Source: Spirochaetia bacterium (GTDB lineage: Bacteria; Spirochaetota; Spirochaetia; UBA9216). From it: a stretch of DNA of 64,000 bases. Shown here one piece after another: positions 1 to 9,571 of the stretch. The position numbers were made by a program, and so were the translations under genes. The stretch spans positions 1,664,001 to 1,728,000 of the forward strand of contig CAXXYH010000004.1 of the NCBI GenBank assembly GCA_963677925.2, read 5' to 3'. The notes below the pieces were generated by a model. It was not told the origin of the DNA and did not search any database. It was given only the letters and a program-made list of their open reading frames with translations. Position 1 is the stretch's first letter; every line of letters starts with the position of its first letter.

Positions 1-1
1 T

Positions 2-325
2 GCTTTCTGGGCCGGAGTAGCCGGTGTAATCTTTGCAGGCAAGACAACGTTTATTAACCCGGCAAGTTTCACAATGTGGGAGTCAATTATCGTTCTGTGT
101 ATGGTTGTTCTCGGCGGTCTTGGGTCAATTCCGGGTGTAATTGCCGGAGCGCTGATAATGACGCTTCTTCCCGAATATCTGCGTGCTTTCTCCGAGCTTA
201 GAATGATTATTTTCGGTGCTGTTCTTGTACTGATGATGGTCTTCAAGCCGGGCGGAATTATTCCTGCTATCAGGCAGAAGTACGAGTTCAAACAGAAAAA
301 AGCACCTGCTGAGGGAGAGAAATAA
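2..325 (+). CDS. livM: Branched-chain amino acid ABC transporter permease, C-terminal part (runs in from before the window)
   Basis: Frame open from nt 2 (AFWAGVAGVIFAGKTTFINPASFTMWES...MVVLGGLGSIPG...LPEYLR...PGGI), a typical LivM C-terminus; directly upstream of livG/livF. Confidence 0.9.
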   Translation, partial: AFWAGVAGVIFAGKTTFINPASFTMWESIIVLCMVVLGGLGSIPGVIAGALIMTLLPEYLRAFSELRMIIFGAVLVLMMVFKPGGIIPAIRQKYEFKQKKAPAEGEK

Positions 326-1116
326 TGGCCCCTATACTAGACGTTAAAAAACTCAGGATGGACTTCGGCGGACTCAGAGCTGTAAATGATGTCGATCTTT
401 TTATAAACGAGAAAGAGATTGTTGCCCTCATAGGACCGAACGGTGCAGGCAAGACAACCTTTTTTAACTGTATTACAGGTGTTAACAAGCCTACTGCAGG
501 CGATATTATTCTGACCCCGCCCTCAACAGGCAAGGCACAGCGGATTAACGGCATGAAGCCGAATAAGATAACAGAAAAAGGACTTGCCAGAACCTTTCAG
601 AATATCAGACTGTTTCAGAACATGAGTGTGCTTGAGAACGTTATGATTGGACGGCATCCGAGGATGAAGGCAGGCGTTCCCGGCGCAATTCTCAGGGATC
701 CCAGAACCAGAGCGGAAGAACGGAATGTCATAGATGAGAGTTATGAGATTCTAAAAAAACTGAATCTTGAGCAGCATGTCAATGACCTGGCCAAGAATCT
801 TCCCTACGGTGCGCAGAGACGGCTTGAAATAGCCAGAGCTATGGCTACCGACCCCTTCCTGCTTCTTCTTGATGAACCTGCAGCCGGTATGAACCCGCAG
901 GAAACCAGGGAACTCGACGAGACCATTGTCAGGATTCGTGACACTGAGGGGATAACAATTCTGCTCATCGAGCATGATATGAGCCTGGTAATGAGCCTGT
1001 CCGAGAGAATCTATGTTGTCGATTACGGAAAACTGATAGCAACAGGAGTTCCTGAAGATATTAAGAAAAACCCTGATGTAATCAAGGCTTACCTTGGGGA
1101 GGATGTAGATGCTTAA
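325..1116 (+). CDS. livG: Branched-chain amino acid ABC transporter ATP-binding protein
   Basis: Walker A GPNGAGKT, ARTFQNIRLF, LPYGAQRRLEIARA, LLLDEPAAG, IEHDM. Confidence 0.95.
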   Translation: MAPILDVKKLRMDFGGLRAVNDVDLFINEKEIVALIGPNGAGKTTFFNCITGVNKPTAGDIILTPPSTGKAQRINGMKPNKITEKGLARTFQNIRLFQNMSVLENVMIGRHPRMKAGVPGAILRDPRTRAEERNVIDESYEILKKLNLEQHVNDLAKNLPYGAQRRLEIARAMATDPFLLLLDEPAAGMNPQETRELDETIVRIRDTEGITILLIEHDMSLVMSLSERIYVVDYGKLIATGVPEDIKKNPDVIKAYLGEDVDA

Positions 1117-1816
1117 ACTTGATAAAATTGAAACCTATTACGGAAACATTCAGGCCCTTAAAGGGATAAGTATTGAAGTTGCCGACGGTGAAATAGTTAC
1201 TCTTATCGGCGCCAACGGTGCCGGTAAAACAACAACTCTTATGTCAATCAGCGGAGTAGTTCCCGCCCGGTCAGGTCGAATTACCCTCGACGGTAAGGAT
1301 ATTACAGGAAAGAATCCTGATGATATAGTTCCTATGGGAATTATTCAGGTTCCTGAAGGGCGGCGGATTTTCCCTGACCTTACGGTTGCTGAGAATCTCG
1401 ATATGGGAGCCTTCCTCAGAAAGGACAAGGAACAGATTAAGCGTGACATTGAATATGTTTACGAACTGTTTCCTATCCTTTCACGCAGAAGAAGCCAGCG
1501 TGGAGGTACCCTCAGCGGCGGTGAACAGCAGATGCTGGCTATAAGCCGTGCACTCATGGCAAAACCGCGGATACTGCTTCTTGATGAGCCCTCACTGGGG
1601 CTTGCGCCAATCATCGTTCGCCAGATCTTCGACATTGTTAAAAAGATCAACGAAGAGCAGGGAACAACAGTATTTCTTGTTGAACAGAATGCCAACCTGG
1701 CTCTCAAGATAGCTCATAAGGGCTATGTAATGGAAACCGGCCGTATTACCATGGCTGATACCTGTGAGAACCTGCTTAAAAATGATGAGGTACAGAAAGC
1801 CTATCTGGGAATGTAA
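1109..1816 (+). CDS. livF: Branched-chain amino acid ABC transporter ATP-binding protein
   Basis: GANGAGKT, VPEGRRIF, LSGGEQQMLAI, LLDEPSLGLAP, VEQNA. Confidence 0.95.
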   Translation: MLKLDKIETYYGNIQALKGISIEVADGEIVTLIGANGAGKTTTLMSISGVVPARSGRITLDGKDITGKNPDDIVPMGIIQVPEGRRIFPDLTVAENLDMGAFLRKDKEQIKRDIEYVYELFPILSRRRSQRGGTLSGGEQQMLAISRALMAKPRILLLDEPSLGLAPIIVRQIFDIVKKINEEQGTTVFLVEQNANLALKIAHKGYVMETGRITMADTCENLLKNDEVQKAYLGM

Positions 1817-1846
1817 TTGACGCGGCTTTTTTAAAGCTGTGCATAT

Positions 1847-1880
1847 AAAAAAGGCTGTTCAGTTTGAACAGCCTTTTTTT
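1847..1880. terminator. Bidirectional intrinsic terminator
   Basis: AAAAAAGGCTGTTCA-GTT-TGAACAGCCTTTTTTT between the convergent livF and acyl-CoA ligase genes. Confidence 0.9.
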
Positions 1881-1912
1881 GTCTAACAGTTTCCAATGCC
1901 TTTATCGGAGCA

Positions 1913-3517
1913 TCAGCTCTGGTAAAGAAATCTTCTAATTTTCATTGAAGGTGTGAGTTCGAAGGGCACTTCCTGTTCAATTATCCTGCTTATCTTTGAA
2001 AAAGAGCTTAGACTTGTATTCATCTTTTTACGCATGTTCTCCAGGAATTCTTCCTTCCACTGCGGAAAATGACTGATATTGTGCTTCAGCTCTTCAAAGT
2101 ACTGCTTCAGCTTTTCTTCATCAAGCATTACCCTTGCTACAAGTTCGGAACCCTTACCGAGAACCAGACATTCTGAAACAACCGGATCTGTTTTGAGGAT
2201 GTTTTCAATTTCTTCGGGATATATATTTTCACCAGCCGGGCCGAGAATGACATTTTTAATACGGCCTTTAACGTAGAGGTTGCCTGCTGCATCAAGTTCA
2301 CCGATATCACCTGTTTTAAACCAGCCGTCTTCGGTAAAGACTTCTGCGGTTCTGGCCTCATCAAGGTAGTAGCCCTGCATCACGCAGTCGCTTTTTACCT
2401 GGATTTCGCCGTCTGCTATACGGAGTTCAACACTTTTAAACGGTTGTCCAGGGCCCCTGAATACTGTTTTATCGGGTGGAGATCCCGCAAGACATGGTGA
2501 TGTCTCGGTAAGCCCGTATCCTACTGCATACGGAAATTTAGCTTCCCTGAGAAATCTTTCAACATCCTCGGAAAGAGGGGCTCCGCCGATTCCGAAGAAC
2601 TTAAGCCTGCCCCCGAAAGTCTTCATGAGTTTTTTTCCGATTACAAAGCGGTTAAGCAGCTTTCTAACCGGTAAAATTTTGTATAACGTCTTCAGCACTT
2701 TACTGCTGTTAATATTCTTAAGTACTGAGCTTCTGTATATTTTTTCTATCAGCAGGGGGACACTCAGAATAAAATGCGGACGTGTCTTTGCTATTGCATC
2801 AAGCATCAGTCTGGGGGAGGGCTTCATACCAAGATATGTTATGTTTGCGCCTTCAAGAACCGGAAGCATAAAACCCTGGGTGAACTCATACATATGAGCA
2901 AGCGGAAGAACTGACAGAAGAGCATCCCCCGCCTCCATTCCGCCGACAAGTGTTGAATCACAGGCATTTACAACAATATTCTTATGAGAGAGCATTACGC
3001 CCTTGGAAGTTCCAGTTGTTCCTGATGTGTATATTATTGCCGCAGTATCTTCTGATGCCGGGCTGTATTCTGCGACAGAAAGTGCAGTATTCGGATTATC
3101 AAAGAGCCCAGCTTCATCAATAAGCAGGAAATTTCCATCTCTGAAAAGTTTCGTTTCCCTTATTTTTGGAAGCATCTTTTCCGAGACGAAAATGAAAGAT
3201 GCCTCGGAATGTTCAAGTATGTTCTGAATCTGTTCGGCAGCAAAATCGGTCATGATAGGCACGGCTATCCTTGAGGATGTAACCGCTGCAAGCCAGCATA
3301 ATCCCCATTCAGATCTGTTCTCACTCAAGAGAGCCACTCTGCTGCCGGTTTCAATTCCGGTCAACTCCAGATGGCTGATAAGATTGTTTATAACTGAATC
3401 TGCTTTTTTATATGTGAAGTTTCGTCCGTTAAGTGACGCTGTGAACGGAAGGCTGGAATAGCTTGCAGTTGCAAAGTTCCAAACCTCGCCAATGCTGTAA
3501 TTATAAAAGCTTTTCAT
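1913..3517 (-). CDS. Long-chain fatty acid-CoA ligase (AMP-binding, FadD/ACSL-like)
   Basis: YTSGTTGTSKG, GYGLTET, GWFKTGDIG and terminal K-loop TPSMKIRR. Start moved to ATG 3517 (MKSFY), which has TATATT 6 nt upstream. Confidence 0.88.
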   Translation of the reverse strand: MKSFYNYSIGEVWNFATASYSSLPFTASLNGRNFTYKKADSVINNLISHLELTGIETGSRVALLSENRSEWGLCWLAAVTSSRIAVPIMTDFAAEQIQNILEHSEASFIFVSEKMLPKIRETKLFRDGNFLLIDEAGLFDNPNTALSVAEYSPASEDTAAIIYTSGTTGTSKGVMLSHKNIVVNACDSTLVGGMEAGDALLSVLPLAHMYEFTQGFMLPVLEGANITYLGMKPSPRLMLDAIAKTRPHFILSVPLLIEKIYRSSVLKNINSSKVLKTLYKILPVRKLLNRFVIGKKLMKTFGGRLKFFGIGGAPLSEDVERFLREAKFPYAVGYGLTETSPCLAGSPPDKTVFRGPGQPFKSVELRIADGEIQVKSDCVMQGYYLDEARTAEVFTEDGWFKTGDIGELDAAGNLYVKGRIKNVILGPAGENIYPEEIENILKTDPVVSECLVLGKGSELVARVMLDEEKLKQYFEELKHNISHFPQWKEEFLENMRKKMNTSLSSFSKISRIIEQEVPFELTPSMKIRRFLYQS

Positions 3518-3636
3518 CCTACTAATATAATGGTGATCTTGCAGATAAGCTATAGTAATATGGTATGATTGAATCACCTATAGGGGTGATTAGTGTATTA
3601 ATCTGTTTGAATGCTAATTCAGGAGGGAATACAGCA

Positions 3637-4536
3637 TTGAACATGCTTGTTTTGTCTCAGAATAAGGACCCGTTTACCAACCTGACAATAGAAAACTCGC
3701 TGTTTACAGAGGAGCCCGCAAGCGGATATACACTGTTTCTCTGGGTAAATAAGCCCTCTGTGATTATCGGCCGTTACCAGAATCCATGGCTTGAATGCAG
3801 TCTAAAGTCTATGAATGATTCCGGAATAAGACTTGCAAGACGTCAGAGCGGCGGCGGTGCTGTTTATCATGATGAAGGCAACCTTAATTTCAGTTTTATC
3901 TGTAGAAAAGAAGAGTACGATCGTGACAGGAACCTTGATGTAGTAATCAGAGCTCTCGGCAGTTTGAGAATAACCGCAGAGATTAATGAGCGGCATGATG
4001 TTGAAGTAGATGGTAAAAAGGTGTCCGGAAGCGCTTTCAGAATTAGCCGAGGACGGGTTCTGCACCATGGGACCCTGCTTATTTCTGCAGATCTCCATCC
4101 GCTGAAGGCTTCGCTTTCCGGCCCCTCGCTTGAAGGTATTGAATCAAAGGGTATCCGCTCTGTCCGGTCAAGTGTCGTTAATCTGAACCGTTACAATCCT
4201 GATATAACTGTTGATAAATTGAAATCAGCACTGTCGGAAACATTTACGTTTCAATACGGCCGTGCTGATACAGCAACTGCTGACGGGGCAGGAGCTTCGG
4301 AAGATGAATTTTTTAAGCGGATGACAAACCCTGAGTGGATATACGGAAATACTCCGGAGTTTTCATTTATCTATAGGGCAGGTGCCGGACATTCGGCTGA
4401 AAATTACCGGTTTTCAATAAAAAAAGGCTGCATATCGGAGATTCAGCCTTCCGACAGCAGCCGTATAAATAATTATTTGAAACTTAAAGCGTTTATTGGA
4501 AAACCGCTTTACTCAATCCCGGATTATTCAGTCTGA
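3637..4536 (+). CDS. lplA: Lipoate-protein ligase A
   Basis: VIIGRYQNPW, RRQSGGGAVYHDEGNLN, KKVSGSA, HHGTLL, SKGIRSVRSSV. Start at TTG 3637 or ATG 3643, after AGGAGG at 3621. Confidence 0.9.
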   Translation: MNMLVLSQNKDPFTNLTIENSLFTEEPASGYTLFLWVNKPSVIIGRYQNPWLECSLKSMNDSGIRLARRQSGGGAVYHDEGNLNFSFICRKEEYDRDRNLDVVIRALGSLRITAEINERHDVEVDGKKVSGSAFRISRGRVLHHGTLLISADLHPLKASLSGPSLEGIESKGIRSVRSSVVNLNRYNPDITVDKLKSALSETFTFQYGRADTATADGAGASEDEFFKRMTNPEWIYGNTPEFSFIYRAGAGHSAENYRFSIKKGCISEIQPSDSSRINNYLKLKAFIGKPLYSIPDYSV

Positions 4537-5520
4537 GCCTGCCTGCTCCTTCAGTGCTTTCCGGCGCTCAAGGTATTCAGGAATTTCTATCATCGGCGGC
4601 CTTTCGAATTCGATAATCCGGTGCTCAATCGCCTCAAAATCACTGTCATGCGCAATGAACTGCCTCAGAATATTATGTTCGGGAATCTCGTTTACAAGCC
4701 CCTTCATATGCAGTCTCTTCAGGAAGGCCTGCAGGATTCCGAAGGCCATCTTTCCCAGATCCCTGGTTGCCTGGTTCCGGTGGACACGCTGATCCAGATC
4801 TGTCTGGGCAAATGCTTTAAGTCCCCATTTAGAGTAAACATCAATAAGGTGTGAAGTTTCAACACCGTAGCCGATGGGGAAGGGAATTGCTTCAAGCACT
4901 TCACGCCTTACCGCATATTCACCGGAAAGCGGCTGAATAACACCCGAAAGCTCAGGGAAATACAGTGAAAAAAGCGGGCGTACAAGAATCTCAGTTACCC
5001 TGCCGCCTCCTGACGGCCTTATCCCCTCAGAAAAAGCCAGCGGTCTGTCATAGAATGCCTTCACATACTGAATTTCATCGTTGAAAATAAGAGGAGCAAC
5101 AAGACCATAGACAAATCTCGGGTGGATATTTTTGATATCTGCATCAATATAGACGATGATGTCTCCTTTCAGCTGGTATATAGCCTTCCAGAGGTTTTCG
5201 CCCTTTCCGCGTCTGGGTTCAATACCGGGCAGGATATCGGATGCAAGATAGGTATCGGCTCCGAAAGAGCTTGCAATCTCAAGGGTGCGGTCTTCAGAGC
5301 CCGAATCAATAATGGCTATTTCATCAAGCAGAGGAATTCTTGTCATCAGTTCCGATTTGAATATGACGACTTCCTTTCCTATTGTTTTTTCCTCATTTAA
5401 AGTGGGAATGCAAAGGGATATTTTGAGGTTCTTTTTTTTCTTTTCTTTTACAAGCGCGTTCAGATCCTCAAAATCTGAATGATGAAATGTGTTTTCTTTA
5501 ATCCATTTATCAAGATTCAC
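4528..5520 (-). CDS. gpgS: Glucosyl-3-phosphoglycerate synthase (GT81)
   Basis: PTLNEEKTIG, DSGSED, GKGENLW, DADI, GGGRVTE, QPLSGEYA, GYGVE, RVHRNQ. Likely GTG start at 5520, overlapping the upstream stop. Confidence 0.88.
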   Translation of the reverse strand: MNLDKWIKENTFHHSDFEDLNALVKEKKKKNLKISLCIPTLNEEKTIGKEVVIFKSELMTRIPLLDEIAIIDSGSEDRTLEIASSFGADTYLASDILPGIEPRRGKGENLWKAIYQLKGDIIVYIDADIKNIHPRFVYGLVAPLIFNDEIQYVKAFYDRPLAFSEGIRPSGGGRVTEILVRPLFSLYFPELSGVIQPLSGEYAVRREVLEAIPFPIGYGVETSHLIDVYSKWGLKAFAQTDLDQRVHRNQATRDLGKMAFGILQAFLKRLHMKGLVNEIPEHNILRQFIAHDSDFEAIEHRIIEFERPPMIEIPEYLERRKALKEQAGSD

Positions 5521-6676
5521 TGGAATACCCCCGGTCAATCGCTAGAATAAGTCCTATAAGCTGTGTAAGCCCGGTATATATCGGTTCAACTTCAATGCTC
5601 TCGTTGATCCCGTCCTGGTAGTCCCCTGTTGTCAGTCCTATTGTAAGGGCAGGAATATCATGTGCAATAAAAGCAGCCAGTTCGGAGGTACTTGGCGATA
5701 TTCTTGGTTTTATTTTAAGATTAGTCATGATCTGTCTTGCAGAAGAGGCAAGAGGATGAGAGAAGTCAATTCCGCCCGGATGCCGCCTTGCAAGAACATC
5801 AAGTTCGATTTCTTCGCCGGTATGGCTTGAAACTTCTGATGCAATGTTAGAAATGGACCTTAGAACTTTCGACACCATATCACCGGATTCACTGCGGATC
5901 TCAAAGCGCAGTATTGCCTTGGAGGCAAGGGCGTTGAATGATTTTCCGCCTTCGATTGAGCCGAAGGCAATGTTGCACCTGGGGCGTTTAGGCAGCGGTA
6001 TCTCAAGAATCCGGTTAATAACCTCGTTTATGGTTACTATTGAACCGACCGCTCCGAAGCGGGTCCAGTCATACTGTTCCGGAACCTCGCATTTCAGTTC
6101 ACAGCGTATCATTCCAATGGAACTATAGCTTAGTCTTCCGAGTTTTACCCCCTCAACACAGAGCCCTGCGTGGATGGGAATGTTTGAATTGTCAAGAAAG
6201 AAGCTTAGCCCCTCGATATCGCCGCGGCCGAGGCTCCGGGAAGACCCCATAAGCACCAGGTTTGACCGCAGCTTAATGTCCAGGTGTTCCAGTATTGTGG
6301 GAAGGGCGGCAATAGCCGCTACACCAAGGGCATTGTCGCCTATTCCGGGGCCTGTAATATACTGAGGCTGAACGCTGATTGTGTGATCAACCTTCTCGTC
6401 AAAAATACTGTCTGTGTGGGCAACAATAAGAATATTGCGGTCGCCCCGTTCTCCGGGAAGTATTCCAAGAGCGTTGCCTTTCTCGTCTGTAGAACAGTTG
6501 AGCATGTGATTATCAGCGAAACGCTCAATAAGAAACCTTACCCGCTTTTCCTCGTTGAAAGTAGGGGAGGGTATCTCTCCGAGCATTACCAGGTTGGCAA
6601 GCACCGTTTCACTGAGCTCTTTCAGTTTACTTTCATATCCTGGAAGAAGTTCAAGAATGTCTTTTATATCGGGCAT
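5510..6676 (-). CDS. M20/M25/M40 peptidase-fold protein, apparently lacking several catalytic residues
   Basis: IPSPTFNE..R, GNA, VAHTDS, GPGIGDNALG, dimerisation domain GGKSFN...FEIRS. The EE motif and C-terminal His are not visible. Confidence 0.75.
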   Translation of the reverse strand: MPDIKDILELLPGYESKLKELSETVLANLVMLGEIPSPTFNEEKRVRFLIERFADNHMLNCSTDEKGNALGILPGERGDRNILIVAHTDSIFDEKVDHTISVQPQYITGPGIGDNALGVAAIAALPTILEHLDIKLRSNLVLMGSSRSLGRGDIEGLSFFLDNSNIPIHAGLCVEGVKLGRLSYSSIGMIRCELKCEVPEQYDWTRFGAVGSIVTINEVINRILEIPLPKRPRCNIAFGSIEGGKSFNALASKAILRFEIRSESGDMVSKVLRSISNIASEVSSHTGEEIELDVLARRHPGGIDFSHPLASSARQIMTNLKIKPRISPSTSELAAFIAHDIPALTIGLTTGDYQDGINESIEVEPIYTGLTQLIGLILAIDRGYSSES

Positions 6677-6787
6677 AATTTTCCTCTATAATCATTTTAA
6701 GGACAGAGAATTCTTTTTTCAACAACATTTCTATCCTGAGAAGTTTTTTAGTGGTATTTTAACCCCAAGATGTGATATCTTATCGTT

Positions 6788-7168
6788 ATGAGGACCTTCA
6801 AATTGGCGGCTGCAGTACTGGCCGCGGTATTTCTCATATTATCATGCAGCAGTTATGTCATCCCTTATCTGGATCTTAATGTAGAAAATACTTATAGCAG
6901 TTCAACTGTAAAGATATACTATACTTATGTCTGCGAGGGTGAGTCTCAGACCTGTTCCTATATACTGTACAATAAAAATGATTATTCATCAGCTTATCTT
7001 GGCTATGAATACTACGGCGTATTGCCTGAATCAGATTCCCTGCTGTTCGAAGGTTTGTCTGAAGGAGATTATCAGCTTAATTTTACAGTCTATACGGAAA
7101 AGAACGGTGAATATACAGCCCTTAAATTTCTTGATGAATCACATACATTTACAGTGGATATTCCCTAG
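6788..7168 (+). CDS. Hypothetical lipoprotein
   Basis: Signal peptide ending LILSC; Tyr-rich beta-sandwich-like body; TGaTATCTT 6 nt before the ATG. Confidence 0.75.
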   Translation: MRTFKLAAAVLAAVFLILSCSSYVIPYLDLNVENTYSSSTVKIYYTYVCEGESQTCSYILYNKNDYSSAYLGYEYYGVLPESDSLLFEGLSEGDYQLNFTVYTEKNGEYTALKFLDESHTFTVDIP

Positions 7169-7174
7169 GAGAAG

Positions 7175-8347
7175 TTGTCGATGTTCAGAATAAAAATCAC
7201 TGTGTTTACTGCAGTAATTCTTCTATTACTAACCTTCAGTTCCTGTGACGAGGGAATTTTTAATTTTAATGACCAGACAGGGAATCTCGCTCTTACCTTT
7301 GATAAAACCACAACATATTCTATTGATATAGGCAGTGTAGTGTTTATTCTGGAAAATCAGGATTCCGGCGATTATATCAGGAAGGAATATGATTATGACG
7401 GCGGTATCGATGAATATATATCACGGTTAAACACCGGCAACTGGAACCTCACAATTACCGTATATGATTCAAGTGGCACTCAGATATTCCAGAACTCTGA
7501 TGGTCCCTTCTACTTTGAGCTGGAACTGGCTGAAACAGCAAATGTTGATCTAATATTAAATTACGATGGTACCAATTACTGGATCGAGGCCGACATCGAT
7601 GTTGGTGATGGAACTGCGGATCCCGTTATTGGAATTTCTGCGATGGATGTTTTAGTGGTTGGTATTCATGCCGCCGGAGATGACTCCAGAGACTCAATCA
7701 ATTTTACATGCTCTGTTATGGTTCAGGGCTACGGTTTTACAAGCGGTCTTGCAGGTTTATACATACAATATCCTGATGGGAGCAGCTTCAGTTCCGGCGA
7801 TACCTCGCGTGCTATATCAGGGCTGAGTATATCAACAGATGCAGCATATATGACGATAAACCGGAATGGATTCTATTCGAAGGGTGATTATTATATCAGA
7901 CTGATCGATGTTTATGGAAATGTAGTCGAACAGACTTTCAATCTTTATTTTGATATGGATCCATACAATGGAACAGCAATTTTTACAACATCCTACGGCG
8001 AGGCTAACCCAATAACCACAACCGGTTATGATTCGGGTGATGCTACGGGTGTCGGTTCATATATCGCATATTGTGTTCTTCAGGGGACCGGTACATCGGT
8101 TCAGGGCTCAAGTCTGACGATTGTCGAAAATCCCGATGGTGCTTCCAGTATAGCCCTTCCGGGAATAGGTTCTCCCAGTTATGATTATGTTTTAGTTACA
8201 ACTGATTATCTGGTTCCGCTTAGTGATTTAAGTGCAATTTATACACCGGGAACAACAGATATGAGTGTTTCAGGAGTTCCTGAATGGTTGTATACATATT
8301 ACGGCGGCTCAATTCATTACATCGGAATATCGGTGTACTCAAACTAG
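7175..8347 (+). CDS. Hypothetical lipoprotein
   Basis: 390-aa ORF, lipobox TFSSC, beta-rich S/T/G/D/Y composition, AGGAG upstream. Confidence 0.8.
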   Translation: MSMFRIKITVFTAVILLLLTFSSCDEGIFNFNDQTGNLALTFDKTTTYSIDIGSVVFILENQDSGDYIRKEYDYDGGIDEYISRLNTGNWNLTITVYDSSGTQIFQNSDGPFYFELELAETANVDLILNYDGTNYWIEADIDVGDGTADPVIGISAMDVLVVGIHAAGDDSRDSINFTCSVMVQGYGFTSGLAGLYIQYPDGSSFSSGDTSRAISGLSISTDAAYMTINRNGFYSKGDYYIRLIDVYGNVVEQTFNLYFDMDPYNGTAIFTTSYGEANPITTTGYDSGDATGVGSYIAYCVLQGTGTSVQGSSLTIVENPDGASSIALPGIGSPSYDYVLVTTDYLVPLSDLSAIYTPGTTDMSVSGVPEWLYTYYGGSIHYIGISVYSN

Positions 8348-8363
8348 GATGCCGGGAAAAAAT

Positions 8364-9569
8364 ATGAAGCGAATGCTTAGATTTTCAGCACTGACATCTT
8401 TACTCTTTATTTCACTGTTATTCCTTTTCTCATGCAGTTACGGTATTTTTAATTTTTCCGCTGAGACCGGCTATTTCAGATTTGAACTTGAGTTTAACGG
8501 CGATTATTCTGCTTCGGAAGTAGAATTTACCCTTACTCCTCCGGACGATAGCGGTGATGTAATATTCACAGAAGTAATTGAGAACGGTTTCTGCAGCCTT
8601 AACGTTGAAAATATGGATATCGGGACCTGGCAGCTTAATGTAACAATTCTGCCTGATTCCAATACGGTTTTCGAATCACCTGTTGATTTTGAAATAGTTA
8701 CTGATCAGCAGACGGGCGGAAGAATTGATGTTAGTTTTAACGGGTCTGAATACAGTTATAATGTTTACTGGTGGGATTCTGACGGAACAGACATCAGCAG
8801 CGCAGAAGCTGCAATAACAGTTGATTCCCTGACATTGAGTCCTTTAATACTCAAGGCTTACCGTGGTAATACAAAACTCGGGTACGCTGCATTTGAGGTC
8901 TCAGGAACCAATTTTCTGGATGGGCTTAATTATCTTGAGATTACATCTCCTGATGATTCCACAGTCAGAGTGAGTAATTATGAATATTACCCTAAAGATT
9001 TGTTTCTTGGCGGATCGGATGTCGAAGAAACCCTTATAAGCATTCAGGACGGCTTCAACAGGGATTTCGATTCTTTTAACGGAACTTATACTGTCAGAGC
9101 TGTGGACAATTCGAGCAATATTGTTCGATTTACCTACGACTATGATCTGGTTTCCGAGGACAAGATTCCGGTTCTGACAGGAATGGATGGCGCCGGAGTA
9201 ATAGCAACGCTTGTCGATTCCACAATAATTCATGATTTTGATTGGGAAATACCTGATTCTACTTCCACCGGTTCAGTGTTTGCATATATTGTGAATAAAA
9301 CAGATGGTACTTATTATCCAGCAGATGACAGTATCTATAATAGTACCGGCGTACTTTCGGTTCCCAATTCAACAATGTCAGTAAGCGATACATACCAGTT
9401 GGTTGTGGTATCAATGGAATATTCTACAACAACCCCGTATACAGATGCGATCGCCGCAGGAGTTGATATACATATGAACGCAACTACTATAGGCTGGATG
9501 CTGAATGAAATATATGGAGCCTCTACCGGTCTTATAAGCGTAACAGCTGCTGAGTTCGATACCTACTGA
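8364..9569 (+). CDS. Hypothetical lipoprotein, likely paralog of 7175-8347
   Basis: MKRMLRF...LFSC lipobox; SCxxGIFNF and GxWxLxxT motifs shared with the upstream gene. Start at ATG 8364 (or 8349). Confidence 0.8.
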   Translation: MKRMLRFSALTSLLFISLLFLFSCSYGIFNFSAETGYFRFELEFNGDYSASEVEFTLTPPDDSGDVIFTEVIENGFCSLNVENMDIGTWQLNVTILPDSNTVFESPVDFEIVTDQQTGGRIDVSFNGSEYSYNVYWWDSDGTDISSAEAAITVDSLTLSPLILKAYRGNTKLGYAAFEVSGTNFLDGLNYLEITSPDDSTVRVSNYEYYPKDLFLGGSDVEETLISIQDGFNRDFDSFNGTYTVRAVDNSSNIVRFTYDYDLVSEDKIPVLTGMDGAGVIATLVDSTIIHDFDWEIPDSTSTGSVFAYIVNKTDGTYYPADDSIYNSTGVLSVPNSTMSVSDTYQLVVVSMEYSTTTPYTDAIAAGVDIHMNATTIGWMLNEIYGASTGLISVTAAEFDTY

Positions 9570-9571
9570 AT

